From positions 1-32,873 of the forward strand of contig CANKOL010000015.1 in NCBI GenBank assembly GCA_947483975.1: a DNA stretch of 32,873 nt, in the 5' to 3' direction. Within the stretch, counting starts at the first letter, position 1. Each line of letters begins with the position of its first letter. The position numbers and the translations under genes are program-made. Source of the DNA: Sandaracinaceae bacterium. GTDB lineage: Bacteria > Myxococcota_A > Polyangia > Polyangiales > JADJQN01. The notes under the pieces are model-generated. The model saw nothing but the letters and a program-made list of their open reading frames with translations, had not been told where the DNA came from and ran no database searches. This document shows, one piece after another, positions 17,137-24,587 of the stretch.

Positions 17137-18357
17137 ATGACTTGTCGAAATAGCTGGAATGCGAGCACCTCGTGTGCGCGCTCGTCGCTGGTGGGTCTCG
17201 TGGCCGTGGTCGGCGCGAGCGCGATGTTCACCACCGCCGCCCACGCGCAGCCCGCGCCGGCGCACGGCCCGGCCATCAACCTCGGCCAAGGGATCGGAAT
17301 CCGGCTGGAGAATTCGGCGAACCACGACTCCGGCTCCCCTGTCGGTCAGACGAAGCTCGTGCTCAATACGCTCCTCGACACGAGCTCCGAGGGGCCGTTC
17401 GTCGTCACGCTCGAGCAGGCTCATCACGTGCTCGCGACCGGCTCCTGCGCCGCGCGAGTGGTCGTGTATTCCGGTGAGGCGCAGGAAGGGCAGGGCTTTC
17501 TCCGCGAGTGCGAGACGAACGACTTTCCGGCCGCCAGCCTCCGCGCGAACGCGCCCGCTGACGTCGTGATCGCCGTCGTGAACGACGCGACCGACGTGCG
17601 CACCGAGCTGTACCGCGGGACGTTTCCCGTCATCGCTTACAACGACTGGACCGGCAACGACGACGCGGGTCACCCGGTGCACGTCGAGCAGCGCTCGCTC
17701 CGCCTCGACTCGCTCTACGGAGTCGGCTTCGTGCGGCAGTACATCGGCGACACTCTCGAGTTCAACTACGTGACGACGCAGAACACCGGCGAGCTCCCAT
17801 CGGAGAGCGCGATGCGCTGCCGCGTCGGCACGGGCGAGTGGCGCGCCTACGAGACCTCGGTGTCCGACGACAACACGCAGACCGCGCGAAACCGCGTGTG
17901 GGAAGGCTCGGCCGTGCACGAGGACGGCCCGGAGACGATCATCACGAAGTTCCTGCGCGTGAGCGCGCGGATGCCCATCGCCGTCGCGGGGCGCACGCAG
18001 ACGCCCGAGGCGGGGACGTCGATGGACGGAGCGTGGACGTGCGAGTTCCGCTTCGGCGGCGCCGGCACGCGGGTCGTCGCGCGGGAGTTCCGCTTCGACG
18101 TGCGCAATGGCTACATCCAGCCGAACGCCATCGAGTCGCAGCTCCCGCCGGGTCACGGCGCGGTGCTCGTCTCCATCGGCATGAACCCCGCGGCGATGCC
18201 CGCGATCTTCGACCCCGCGCTCGTGCAGAGCTCCGTCGCCGGCAAGACCCTCACGGGCGCGACGGCGCCGCTGTTCTCCGCCATGCCCGCCCGCGCGACC
18301 AACCCCGCGTTCACCGTGCCGCGCGGCGCCCCGGCGGGCCGAGGCGCGCGCCACTAG
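17137..18357 (+). CDS. Secreted hypothetical beta-rich protein (406 aa)
   Basis: GGAGGG RBS before ATG 17137, signal peptide ending AAHA-Q, strong GC3 bias and four Cys in the mature part. Confidence 0.8.
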   Translation: MTCRNSWNASTSCARSSLVGLVAVVGASAMFTTAAHAQPAPAHGPAINLGQGIGIRLENSANHDSGSPVGQTKLVLNTLLDTSSEGPFVVTLEQAHHVLATGSCAARVVVYSGEAQEGQGFLRECETNDFPAASLRANAPADVVIAVVNDATDVRTELYRGTFPVIAYNDWTGNDDAGHPVHVEQRSLRLDSLYGVGFVRQYIGDTLEFNYVTTQNTGELPSESAMRCRVGTGEWRAYETSVSDDNTQTARNRVWEGSAVHEDGPETIITKFLRVSARMPIAVAGRTQTPEAGTSMDGAWTCEFRFGGAGTRVVAREFRFDVRNGYIQPNAIESQLPPGHGAVLVSIGMNPAAMPAIFDPALVQSSVAGKTLTGATAPLFSAMPARATNPAFTVPRGAPAGRGARH

Positions 18358-18452
18358 CCGATCGCGAGGCCGCTCCGAGCCGGCGGCCGGCTGCGCCTCG
18401 TGGAGACCGCCGCCGAGCCCGCCGAACGCGTGCTCGGCCCCGCGGCCGAGCT

Positions 18453-19883
18453 TCAGCCCGCGGCCGCGTCGGGCGCGCTGCGCGGCAGGTCCATCGAGAA
18501 CGTCGCCCCGCCGCCGGGCGTCGGCCCGTGCGAGACGCCGCCTCCGTGCGCCTCCGCGATCCGCTTGACGACCGAGAGCCCGAGCCCGGTGCCCGTCGCG
18601 CGGCTCGTCACGAACGGTGAAAAGAGCCGTGGCTCCACGTCTGGCGGGACCCCCTCGCCGTGGTCCCGGACCTCGATCCGCACGCACTCGCCGCGCTCTG
18701 CCACCCAGACCTCGACGCCGCGCTGCGCCCCATCGGCCTGGAGCGCGTTCGTCACCAGGTTCACGAGCGCGTGCCGCACGAGCTGTGGATCGCACCACAG
18801 CGCCCCGGCCACGCTCGGCTCGACGTGCACCGTGACCGGCCGCTCGTCTGCGCTGGCGTCTCGCGCCGCATCGACGGCGCCCTGCACGAGCTGCGTGAGC
18901 TCGGCGCTCTCCCTCCGCAGCGAGACGGGCCGGACGAAGTCGAGGAAGTCGTCGACCAGCCGGCGGAGCCGATCCGCCTCCTCCTGCAAAATCCCGAGCA
19001 GCTCGCCGGCGCGCGGCGACTCGTCGGGGCGCACCTCTCGACGAAGGGAGGCGAGGGCGTTGAACATGATGGCGACCGGGTTGCGCACCTCGTGCGCCAC
19101 GATGGCCGACATCTCGCCGAGCGCCGCGAGCCGCTCGCGCTGCACCAGCTCGCACTGCGTCGCGGCGAGGCGCAGCGCCGACGCCTCGAGCGCCGCTGCG
19201 TTCTCCAAGTATCGCTTGGCGAACGACGCGCCCACGCTGAGGATCATCACCATCAGCGCGAGGTCGAGCACGTAGGGGAGGTGCGTCACCTGGCTCGCCG
19301 CGAGGCTGTCGCTCACGCCGCCCGCGCACAGCGCGCCGACGCCGACGAGGTTCAACGTCTGCGAGCGGTCGCCGCGCGCGAGGCGGCGCCCGAAGCGCGC
19401 AGCGAGGATCGCGAGCCCTACGCAGTTGTAGACGTACACGACGCCGCCGAGCGCGGTGGGGACGGCGTCGCGGTACACGAGGCCAAACCAGGCCGAGCGA
19501 CTCAGGATCGTCGAGCTCACGAGCAGCCCAGGCACGAACGCGGCGAGCGCGAACACCACCGCCCCAGCGACGAGCGCACGTTCGACGCGGTCGAGCGGCC
19601 TCCCCGAGACCTGGGCGTCGTAGACGAACCACGCCGCGCCGTGCAGGCAGGCGGCCGCCATCGAGAGCCGCGCGGCGCGCTCGACGAAGATCTCCGCGAC
19701 CGGCAGGCCGACGACGATGTTGCCCGCGCTGAACGTGGCGGCCAGGAGAGCAGCCGCCGCGAACCATCGCAGGGCCCGCGCGCGCGGATCGCGCGACATC
19801 GCCAGGGCCGCGAGCGCCATCACGACGGCCACCAGGCTGGCCGAAAACGACAGCGCAGAATTTAGGTAGATGGTGGTGATCAT
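18453..19883 (-). CDS. Orphan sensor histidine kinase with multi-TM N-terminal domain (476 aa)
   Basis: About seven hydrophobic segments, then ERLAALGEMSAIVAHEVRNP (H-box), NLVTNALQA, DHGEGVP and GTGLGL. Confidence 0.92.
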   Translation of the reverse strand: MITTIYLNSALSFSASLVAVVMALAALAMSRDPRARALRWFAAAALLAATFSAGNIVVGLPVAEIFVERAARLSMAAACLHGAAWFVYDAQVSGRPLDRVERALVAGAVVFALAAFVPGLLVSSTILSRSAWFGLVYRDAVPTALGGVVYVYNCVGLAILAARFGRRLARGDRSQTLNLVGVGALCAGGVSDSLAASQVTHLPYVLDLALMVMILSVGASFAKRYLENAAALEASALRLAATQCELVQRERLAALGEMSAIVAHEVRNPVAIMFNALASLRREVRPDESPRAGELLGILQEEADRLRRLVDDFLDFVRPVSLRRESAELTQLVQGAVDAARDASADERPVTVHVEPSVAGALWCDPQLVRHALVNLVTNALQADGAQRGVEVWVAERGECVRIEVRDHGEGVPPDVEPRLFSPFVTSRATGTGLGLSVVKRIAEAHGGGVSHGPTPGGGATFSMDLPRSAPDAAAG

Positions 19884-20078
19884 GGAGTGAGCGGCTTGGC
19901 TTCATCATCGGGCCCCGCGCCCGTCTTCACGCTGCGCCGCACGCGCGTCGCGTTCTCCACCGGCGGCTGCGCGGCGAGCCAGGGGCCTCGCTCCTCGGGG
20001 CCGTACGCCGTCGGGAGCGTACGACCTCCGCACCGCCGACGCGTCATTTCCCGCTGTAGCTGTGCCCGCTCGATGCGA

Positions 20079-20150
20079 CGACCTCAACCTTGGTCGGGCC
20101 GTCGACCTCAACCTTGGTCGGGCCGTCGACCTCAACCTTGGTCGGGCCGT
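20079..20150 (+). repeat. Perfect 24-bp tandem repeat x3 (CGACCTCAACCTTGGTCGGGCCGT)
   Basis: Units at 20079, 20103 and 20127. Each contains the reverse complement of CCCGACCAAGGTTGAG, the same family as the 2695 array. Confidence 0.95.
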
Positions 20151-20254
20151 GGCCCCCCCTAGCGCACCTCCTTGACGGCCGCGCACCGGACGTGAACTCT
20201 CGCCCGGGTCGACCCCGGCTCTCCGCGCGGCGACCCCCACGAGAGGCCCACGCC

Positions 20255-21328
20255 ATGCCCCACGCATCCGATGCGCTCGATTCGCTCCTCGCCAGCAACG
20301 ACGAGGCCCCGCAGCTCCAAGGGCTCGCGCTCGCCTTCGCGGAGCCGCTCTCCGGCGGGCAGCTCGCCGCCGTGATCGCCGCGGGGATGTTCTCCGAGCA
20401 CGCCGCAGTGCGAAAAAACTGCAAGACGCGCCTCTCCGCGCACCCACAGGCCGCGCTGGCCGCCTTCTTCAAGGGTGAGAAGCGCAACTACTTCTCCATC
20501 GAGGACGGCGGCAAGCTGCGCAAGCTCGTCGACGAGCTGAAGGCGCTCGGCGTCGATCCAGCGCAGCTCACCCAGGCGCTCGTCCGCGTCGAGGTGGCGC
20601 GCAACCAGGCGTTCGGGTTCGGCGCCAAGCCGAGCCAGCTCGAGGCGGCGCTCGCCGTCGAGGGGAGCGAGGAGGCCGTGTTCACGGCGCTCGCGGAGCT
20701 CGACACTGTGCTGCTGCCGAAGTGCAAGAAGTCCGTCTTCGCGGGCCTCTCGCACCTCAAAGCGCTCCGGAAGCTCACGATCCACGCCGAGTCGCTCACC
20801 AGCGCGGCCAACCTCGACGAGCTCGCGCGCATTCCCCAGCGCTTCTTCCTGCAGCTGAACGTGAAGAACGTGAAGCTCGCGCTCTTCGACTCCCTCAAGC
20901 ACAACGTGAGCGGCCTGGGCTTCTGGGGAGCGGCGTCGGCGCTGACCGACATCTCTCCGCTGAGCGGCTGGCAGCACCTCGAGACTCTCTCGCTCGACGG
21001 CAACGAGGTGACCGAGCTAGCCCCGCTCGCGAAACTACCCTTGAGGTCGCTGAGCCTCGACCACACGAAGGTCGCCGATCTCTCGGCGCTCGCGTCGATC
21101 GGGACGCTCACGCACCTGACGCTGTGGGGCGCCGTGGTCCCTTCGCTCGAGCCCCTCACGGGGCTGCCGCTCGTGTCGCTCCGCATCGCGCCGGCGGGCC
21201 TCCCGGACCTCGAACCGCTCGCGCGGATCGCCACGCTCACCGAGCTCGACATCTCGGGCGCGCCGGCCGACGCGCGCGGGCTCCAGGCCCTACAGGCCGC
21301 GCGACCGGGCCTGAGCGTCAAGCGCTGA
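20255..21328 (+). CDS. Leucine-rich repeat protein (internalin-type LRRs) with helical N-terminus (357 aa)
   Basis: ATG 20255 follows GAGAGG. Repeats include DISPLSGWQHLETLSLDGNEVTELAPLAKLPLRSLSLDHTKVADLSAL. No signal peptide. Confidence 0.88.
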   Translation: MPHASDALDSLLASNDEAPQLQGLALAFAEPLSGGQLAAVIAAGMFSEHAAVRKNCKTRLSAHPQAALAAFFKGEKRNYFSIEDGGKLRKLVDELKALGVDPAQLTQALVRVEVARNQAFGFGAKPSQLEAALAVEGSEEAVFTALAELDTVLLPKCKKSVFAGLSHLKALRKLTIHAESLTSAANLDELARIPQRFFLQLNVKNVKLALFDSLKHNVSGLGFWGAASALTDISPLSGWQHLETLSLDGNEVTELAPLAKLPLRSLSLDHTKVADLSALASIGTLTHLTLWGAVVPSLEPLTGLPLVSLRIAPAGLPDLEPLARIATLTELDISGAPADARGLQALQAARPGLSVKR

Positions 21329-21352
21329 GGTCTCGCCCACCACAGCCCACAG

Positions 21353-22252
21353 ATGCAGACGTCCCTTCGACTCCCTCTCCTCGTCGCTGCGCTGCACCTG
21401 CTCGCGGCCTGCAGCGGGCAGCCCGGAGCTCCCGATGCGTCGAGCGACGCCCGCGTATCCCCGGCGCCGCGGGTGATCTGCGACGGCTCCGACGACCTCC
21501 GCGTGATGGTGGCTGCCGTAGAGCCGTCCAGTGAGCGACTCTTCGAGGGGCACCGCGTGCTCTTCGAGAATGGCAGTTATGTTTTGGTCGACGGGCACTG
21601 CCGCTTCTGGGTGAAGCCCGCGGAGAATATGTTCGAGGAGGTTCGCTCGGGCGTCCTCGACACAGCCACGCTCGCCGAGTTCATCGCCGACTTGCGATAC
21701 GACGACTGGCCTGCGCTCCAGGGTTCGTACCCCAGCGACCCGTCTGTCGAGGGCGTGGAAGACCTCATCTTCGTCGATCGCGAGACGTCGGTCACCTGCG
21801 TCTCCAACTGTCTCCTCACCAGCACGCCGGCGGAGGTCGTCGCGATGCGAGAGGCGCAGAGCCTCTGGAATGCGCGGCTGTGGGCAGCGGGAGTCGCCGT
21901 GACGGGCGATGTGCGCGTCAGCGTCCTCGAGTATCTTCGCAACGCGAGCTGGACCGAATCCTGGCCTCCGGGCCACTGGTCAGCGTCGGTGTCCATCGAC
22001 ACCCTGGCCGTGCCTCCCGACGGCTGGGCGACGGTCGACTATGGCGAAGGCGCTCTCCTGACGGGCGCCGACGCCGACGCCCTGCGCGCCCTGCGCGCTG
22101 ACTACCTACGTCGTGCTCCAGACGGCTTCGCGGTCATCCCAGGCGCGAGCATCGCCGTCCAAGACGGGACCGGACCGATCTACTTCGTCAACGTGCGCGA
22201 CACGACGCCCTTCGAAGACGCGCGCGGTCTCGTCTCTTGGTTGTCCCGGTAA
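21353..22252 (+). CDS. Hypothetical lipoprotein (299 aa)
   Basis: Lipobox LLAAC after a hydrophobic signal; contains ENGSYVLVDGHCRFWV and RDTTPFEDARGL; coding-like bias. Confidence 0.8.
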   Translation: MQTSLRLPLLVAALHLLAACSGQPGAPDASSDARVSPAPRVICDGSDDLRVMVAAVEPSSERLFEGHRVLFENGSYVLVDGHCRFWVKPAENMFEEVRSGVLDTATLAEFIADLRYDDWPALQGSYPSDPSVEGVEDLIFVDRETSVTCVSNCLLTSTPAEVVAMREAQSLWNARLWAAGVAVTGDVRVSVLEYLRNASWTESWPPGHWSASVSIDTLAVPPDGWATVDYGEGALLTGADADALRALRADYLRRAPDGFAVIPGASIAVQDGTGPIYFVNVRDTTPFEDARGLVSWLSR

Positions 22253-22283
22253 GACGACGCGCACAACCGTCGTGGAGCCCGCC

Positions 22284-22500
22284 ATGGCGGTGATGACGAG
22301 CCCAATCCCGACACCGCTCCCAAATTACTAGGCGAGCACGAGCCGCGACGGCGCGGTGCGCTCGAGCACGGTCCCGCGCACGCTGCCATCGGGGTGCGTG
22401 GTCTTCTCGTGCTTCGACATCGATCCGGCGATGTTCGTCGGCGTCGCGTGGCACGAGGCGACGTTCGACGAGGTCGCGGATGGGCCACCTCGCCCGGGGT
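22284..22500 (+). pseudogene. Probable pseudogene fragment with in-frame TAG
   Basis: GGAG precedes ATG 22284. Reads MAVMTSPIPTPLPNY*ASTSRDGAVRSSTVPRTLPSGCVVFSCFDIDPAMFVGVAWHEATFDEVADG; GC3 bias continues past the TAG at 22329 and fades near 22490. Confidence 0.4.
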
Positions 22501-22612
22501 GTGAGGCGCGCTGGGCCGCCGCTGGAGCGCGCCTCCGCGGGAGCCTCGGTCAGGGGCTCGTCGCTTCGCTCCTGCGCGCCATGGCGCCAGGGTTTCTCGA
22601 GGCGGTAGCCCC

Positions 22613-22678
22613 TCAGAACTCGACGAGGGCGGCGAGGTCCTGCGCCTGGCTCGAGAGCTCGGCGGCGGAGCTCGAGGG
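22613..22678 (-). pseudogene. Remnant of a methyl-accepting chemotaxis protein C-terminus
   Basis: Minus strand reads PSSSAAELSSQAQDLAALVEF*, resembling the MCP terminal methylation helix (SSSAAEELSSQAxELAxLVxxF). Confidence 0.45.
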
Positions 22679-22740
22679 CGACGACCGCGAAGCCGCGACC
22701 GGCGTCCCCCGCGCGCGCCGACTCGGTGCACACTCCGCTG

Positions 22741-23055
22741 ATGTACCCGTCGCCCGCCCAGCCGCCTCGAGGCACGAACACGATGGCCATCATCTCGGTC
22801 GTCGCGGGCGCGGCGTCGTGGCTCGGCTTCCCGCTCGCCGCCGCGGTCGTCGCGGTCTACTGCGGCCACCGCGCGCGCTCGGAGCTGCGCCTGCGCGCGG
22901 GCACGGAGGGCGGCGACGGACTCGCCATCGCCGGGCTGGCGCTCGGCTACGCGAACGTCGTCGCGTCGGTCATCGGCTGCATCGTCGGAGTGCTCGTGTT
23001 CGGCGGCTTCTTCGCGGCGCTCGCGGCCGTCGGCATCCACGCGCAAGGGCACTGA
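22741..23055 (+). CDS. DUF4190-like small membrane protein (104 aa)
   Basis: TNTMAIISVVAG...AVYCGHRARSEL...GGDGLAIAGLALGY matches the TN.LAIASLV...GH.A..EI...G.GLA.AGL.LGY pattern. Confidence 0.85.
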   Translation: MYPSPAQPPRGTNTMAIISVVAGAASWLGFPLAAAVVAVYCGHRARSELRLRAGTEGGDGLAIAGLALGYANVVASVIGCIVGVLVFGGFFAALAAVGIHAQGH

Positions 23056-23074
23056 CGGGGGGACGAAGAACAAA

Positions 23075-23470
23075 CTCAACCTCGGTCGGCAATCGCCGCA
23101 ACCATCCAATCGCAGCTCGACCCTCGCTCGCGCAGTCGCCGCGACCGCCCGATGGCAGCTCGACCCTCGCTCGCGCAGTCGCCGCAACCATCCAATCGCA
23201 GCTCGACCCCCGAAGCGCAAGTCCCCTCCACGTTCGTTTCGCAGCTGGCCTGCGACCTCGCCTGCGCCCGCGACCGTCCGGGCGCAGCTCGGCTGGCTGA
23301 GCGGCCATCACGCCTGGCGTTCGTGCGCAGTCGAGCTGCGATTCGAAGGTGCGCGCCACGGCAGCGCGGGGGGTCGAGCTGCGATTCGAAGGTGCGCGCC
23401 ACGCCAGCGCGGGGGGTCCAGCTGCCCGTCCTCCCGTCGCGGCACGAACTTTCGGCAGCTGACCCGCGTT
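23075..23470. repeat. Composite 43-bp-period repeat array with inverted arms
   Basis: GCAGCT cores at 23112, 23155, 23198, 23241 and 23284; inverted AGCTGC cores at 23334, 23377 and 23420. Perfect 18-bp inverted repeat at 23194-23211 / 23369-23386. Preceded by motif CTCAACCTCGGTCGGC at 23075. Confidence 0.85.
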
Positions 23471-23499
23471 GGCGGGCCCTCGACCGCGGGTGTGGCGGC

Positions 23500-24493
23500 A
23501 GAAGCCCGTACACCTCGTCGACCGCTTCGGACTGCTACAACAGCGCATGCCGCGCCCGGGTCTCGTCGCTCACTGGGTAGGCTCGGTCGCGCTGGCGGCC
23601 GACTGTTCGCCGATGGCCACCTCGAGGACCTCGACGGCGGCTACGGGCAGCCCTCTTGCGATCTCGCCGCGGGCCTGCCCGACGGTAGCCTTCGCTACCT
23701 GCGCTCCCAGCACACGACGGACGGATTTCGCGGCGAGGTCGTCACTCGAACACCGCAGGGTGCCAGCACGGCGCAGCCGGCCGACCTCGGCGACTTCCGG
23801 TTCGATCAGGTGATGGCGACCTCCGGAGCTGGACTGTTGTACGCGTACCTCGTGCTGCGCGACCCCTCGAGCGAGGAGGGGCCGTGGGATCTGGTCGTGC
23901 AGGATCTCCTCCGAGGGTCGCGCGGGCGCTGGCCAGTCGGCGGCGAGAGCTGGGTCCCGGGGATGGTGTTCTTCGGCGGGCGACCGCCAGTCGCCGTTCG
24001 CTTCGATGGCGCGAGTGTTGGGTTCATCACCCGACCGACGGCGGGCGAGAGCGTGGTGGAGCTTCATGATCTCAGCGCGCCGGCGGATCGAACGCTCGTC
24101 GTCCGACAGCGCACAGTCGGCGGGGTCGCGGCGTTATCCGGCGATCTGCGGACCGTGCTGCTTTCGCGCCCGCGTGTTGGTCCATCCGGAGCGATCGACT
24201 TCTATCGCTGGCGCCTCGCGCCGCACGACAGTCAGCCGACTCCTCTGCCCATCGACGCAGACTCGATGGCGCTCGACCGCTGCGGCGAAGAGGCGGTCGT
24301 GGAGGTGAAGGTGGCGCTCGGTCCGCCGCTGTGGGCCCACATCAACCCACTGCCGTACGAGGTCGGTCGCGTGACCCTCGACGACGCCACGCGGTACGAG
24401 CGTCGCTCGTCTGAGACCGACAGCACGAATCGCTGCCCTGCAGGCCGGCGCGCTGCGATGGGTTGTGGGGAGACCGTCGGGGCGCCGCGATGA
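23500..24493 (+). pseudogene. Frameshifted or 5'-truncated hypothetical gene (possible beta-propeller)
   Basis: Coding-like codon usage runs in the 23469 frame (KPVHLVDRFGLL...AHWVGSVALAAD) and switches near 23600 to the 23492 frame (LFADGHLEDLDGGYG...). No convincing start or RBS. Confidence 0.5.
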
Positions 24494-24587
24494 AGTCGTC
24501 GTGCCGAGGGCGCCGTCGTCTACGATACGCGAGGCTGGAGCTCGCCCATCGGAGGCGCGCTCACGGCCGAGCCGGAGGAGTGTTCGC

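Noticed and set aside
20079..20150. CRISPR array
   Set aside because: The units are contiguous identical 24-mers with no spacers.
22329..22331. Pyrrolysine or programmed read-through at the TAG
   Set aside because: No pyl genes or supporting context in the window, and the downstream frame decays; a nonsense mutation is more parsimonious.
23090..23470. CRISPR array
   Set aside because: The conserved core is short, the spacers are partly duplicated, the orientation inverts mid-array, and no cas genes are in the window.
23074..23475. Integron attC site (ACTCAAC fits RYYYAAC just after a stop codon)
   Set aside because: No matching GTTRRRY at a plausible distance, no integrase, and neighbouring genes are in mixed orientation.
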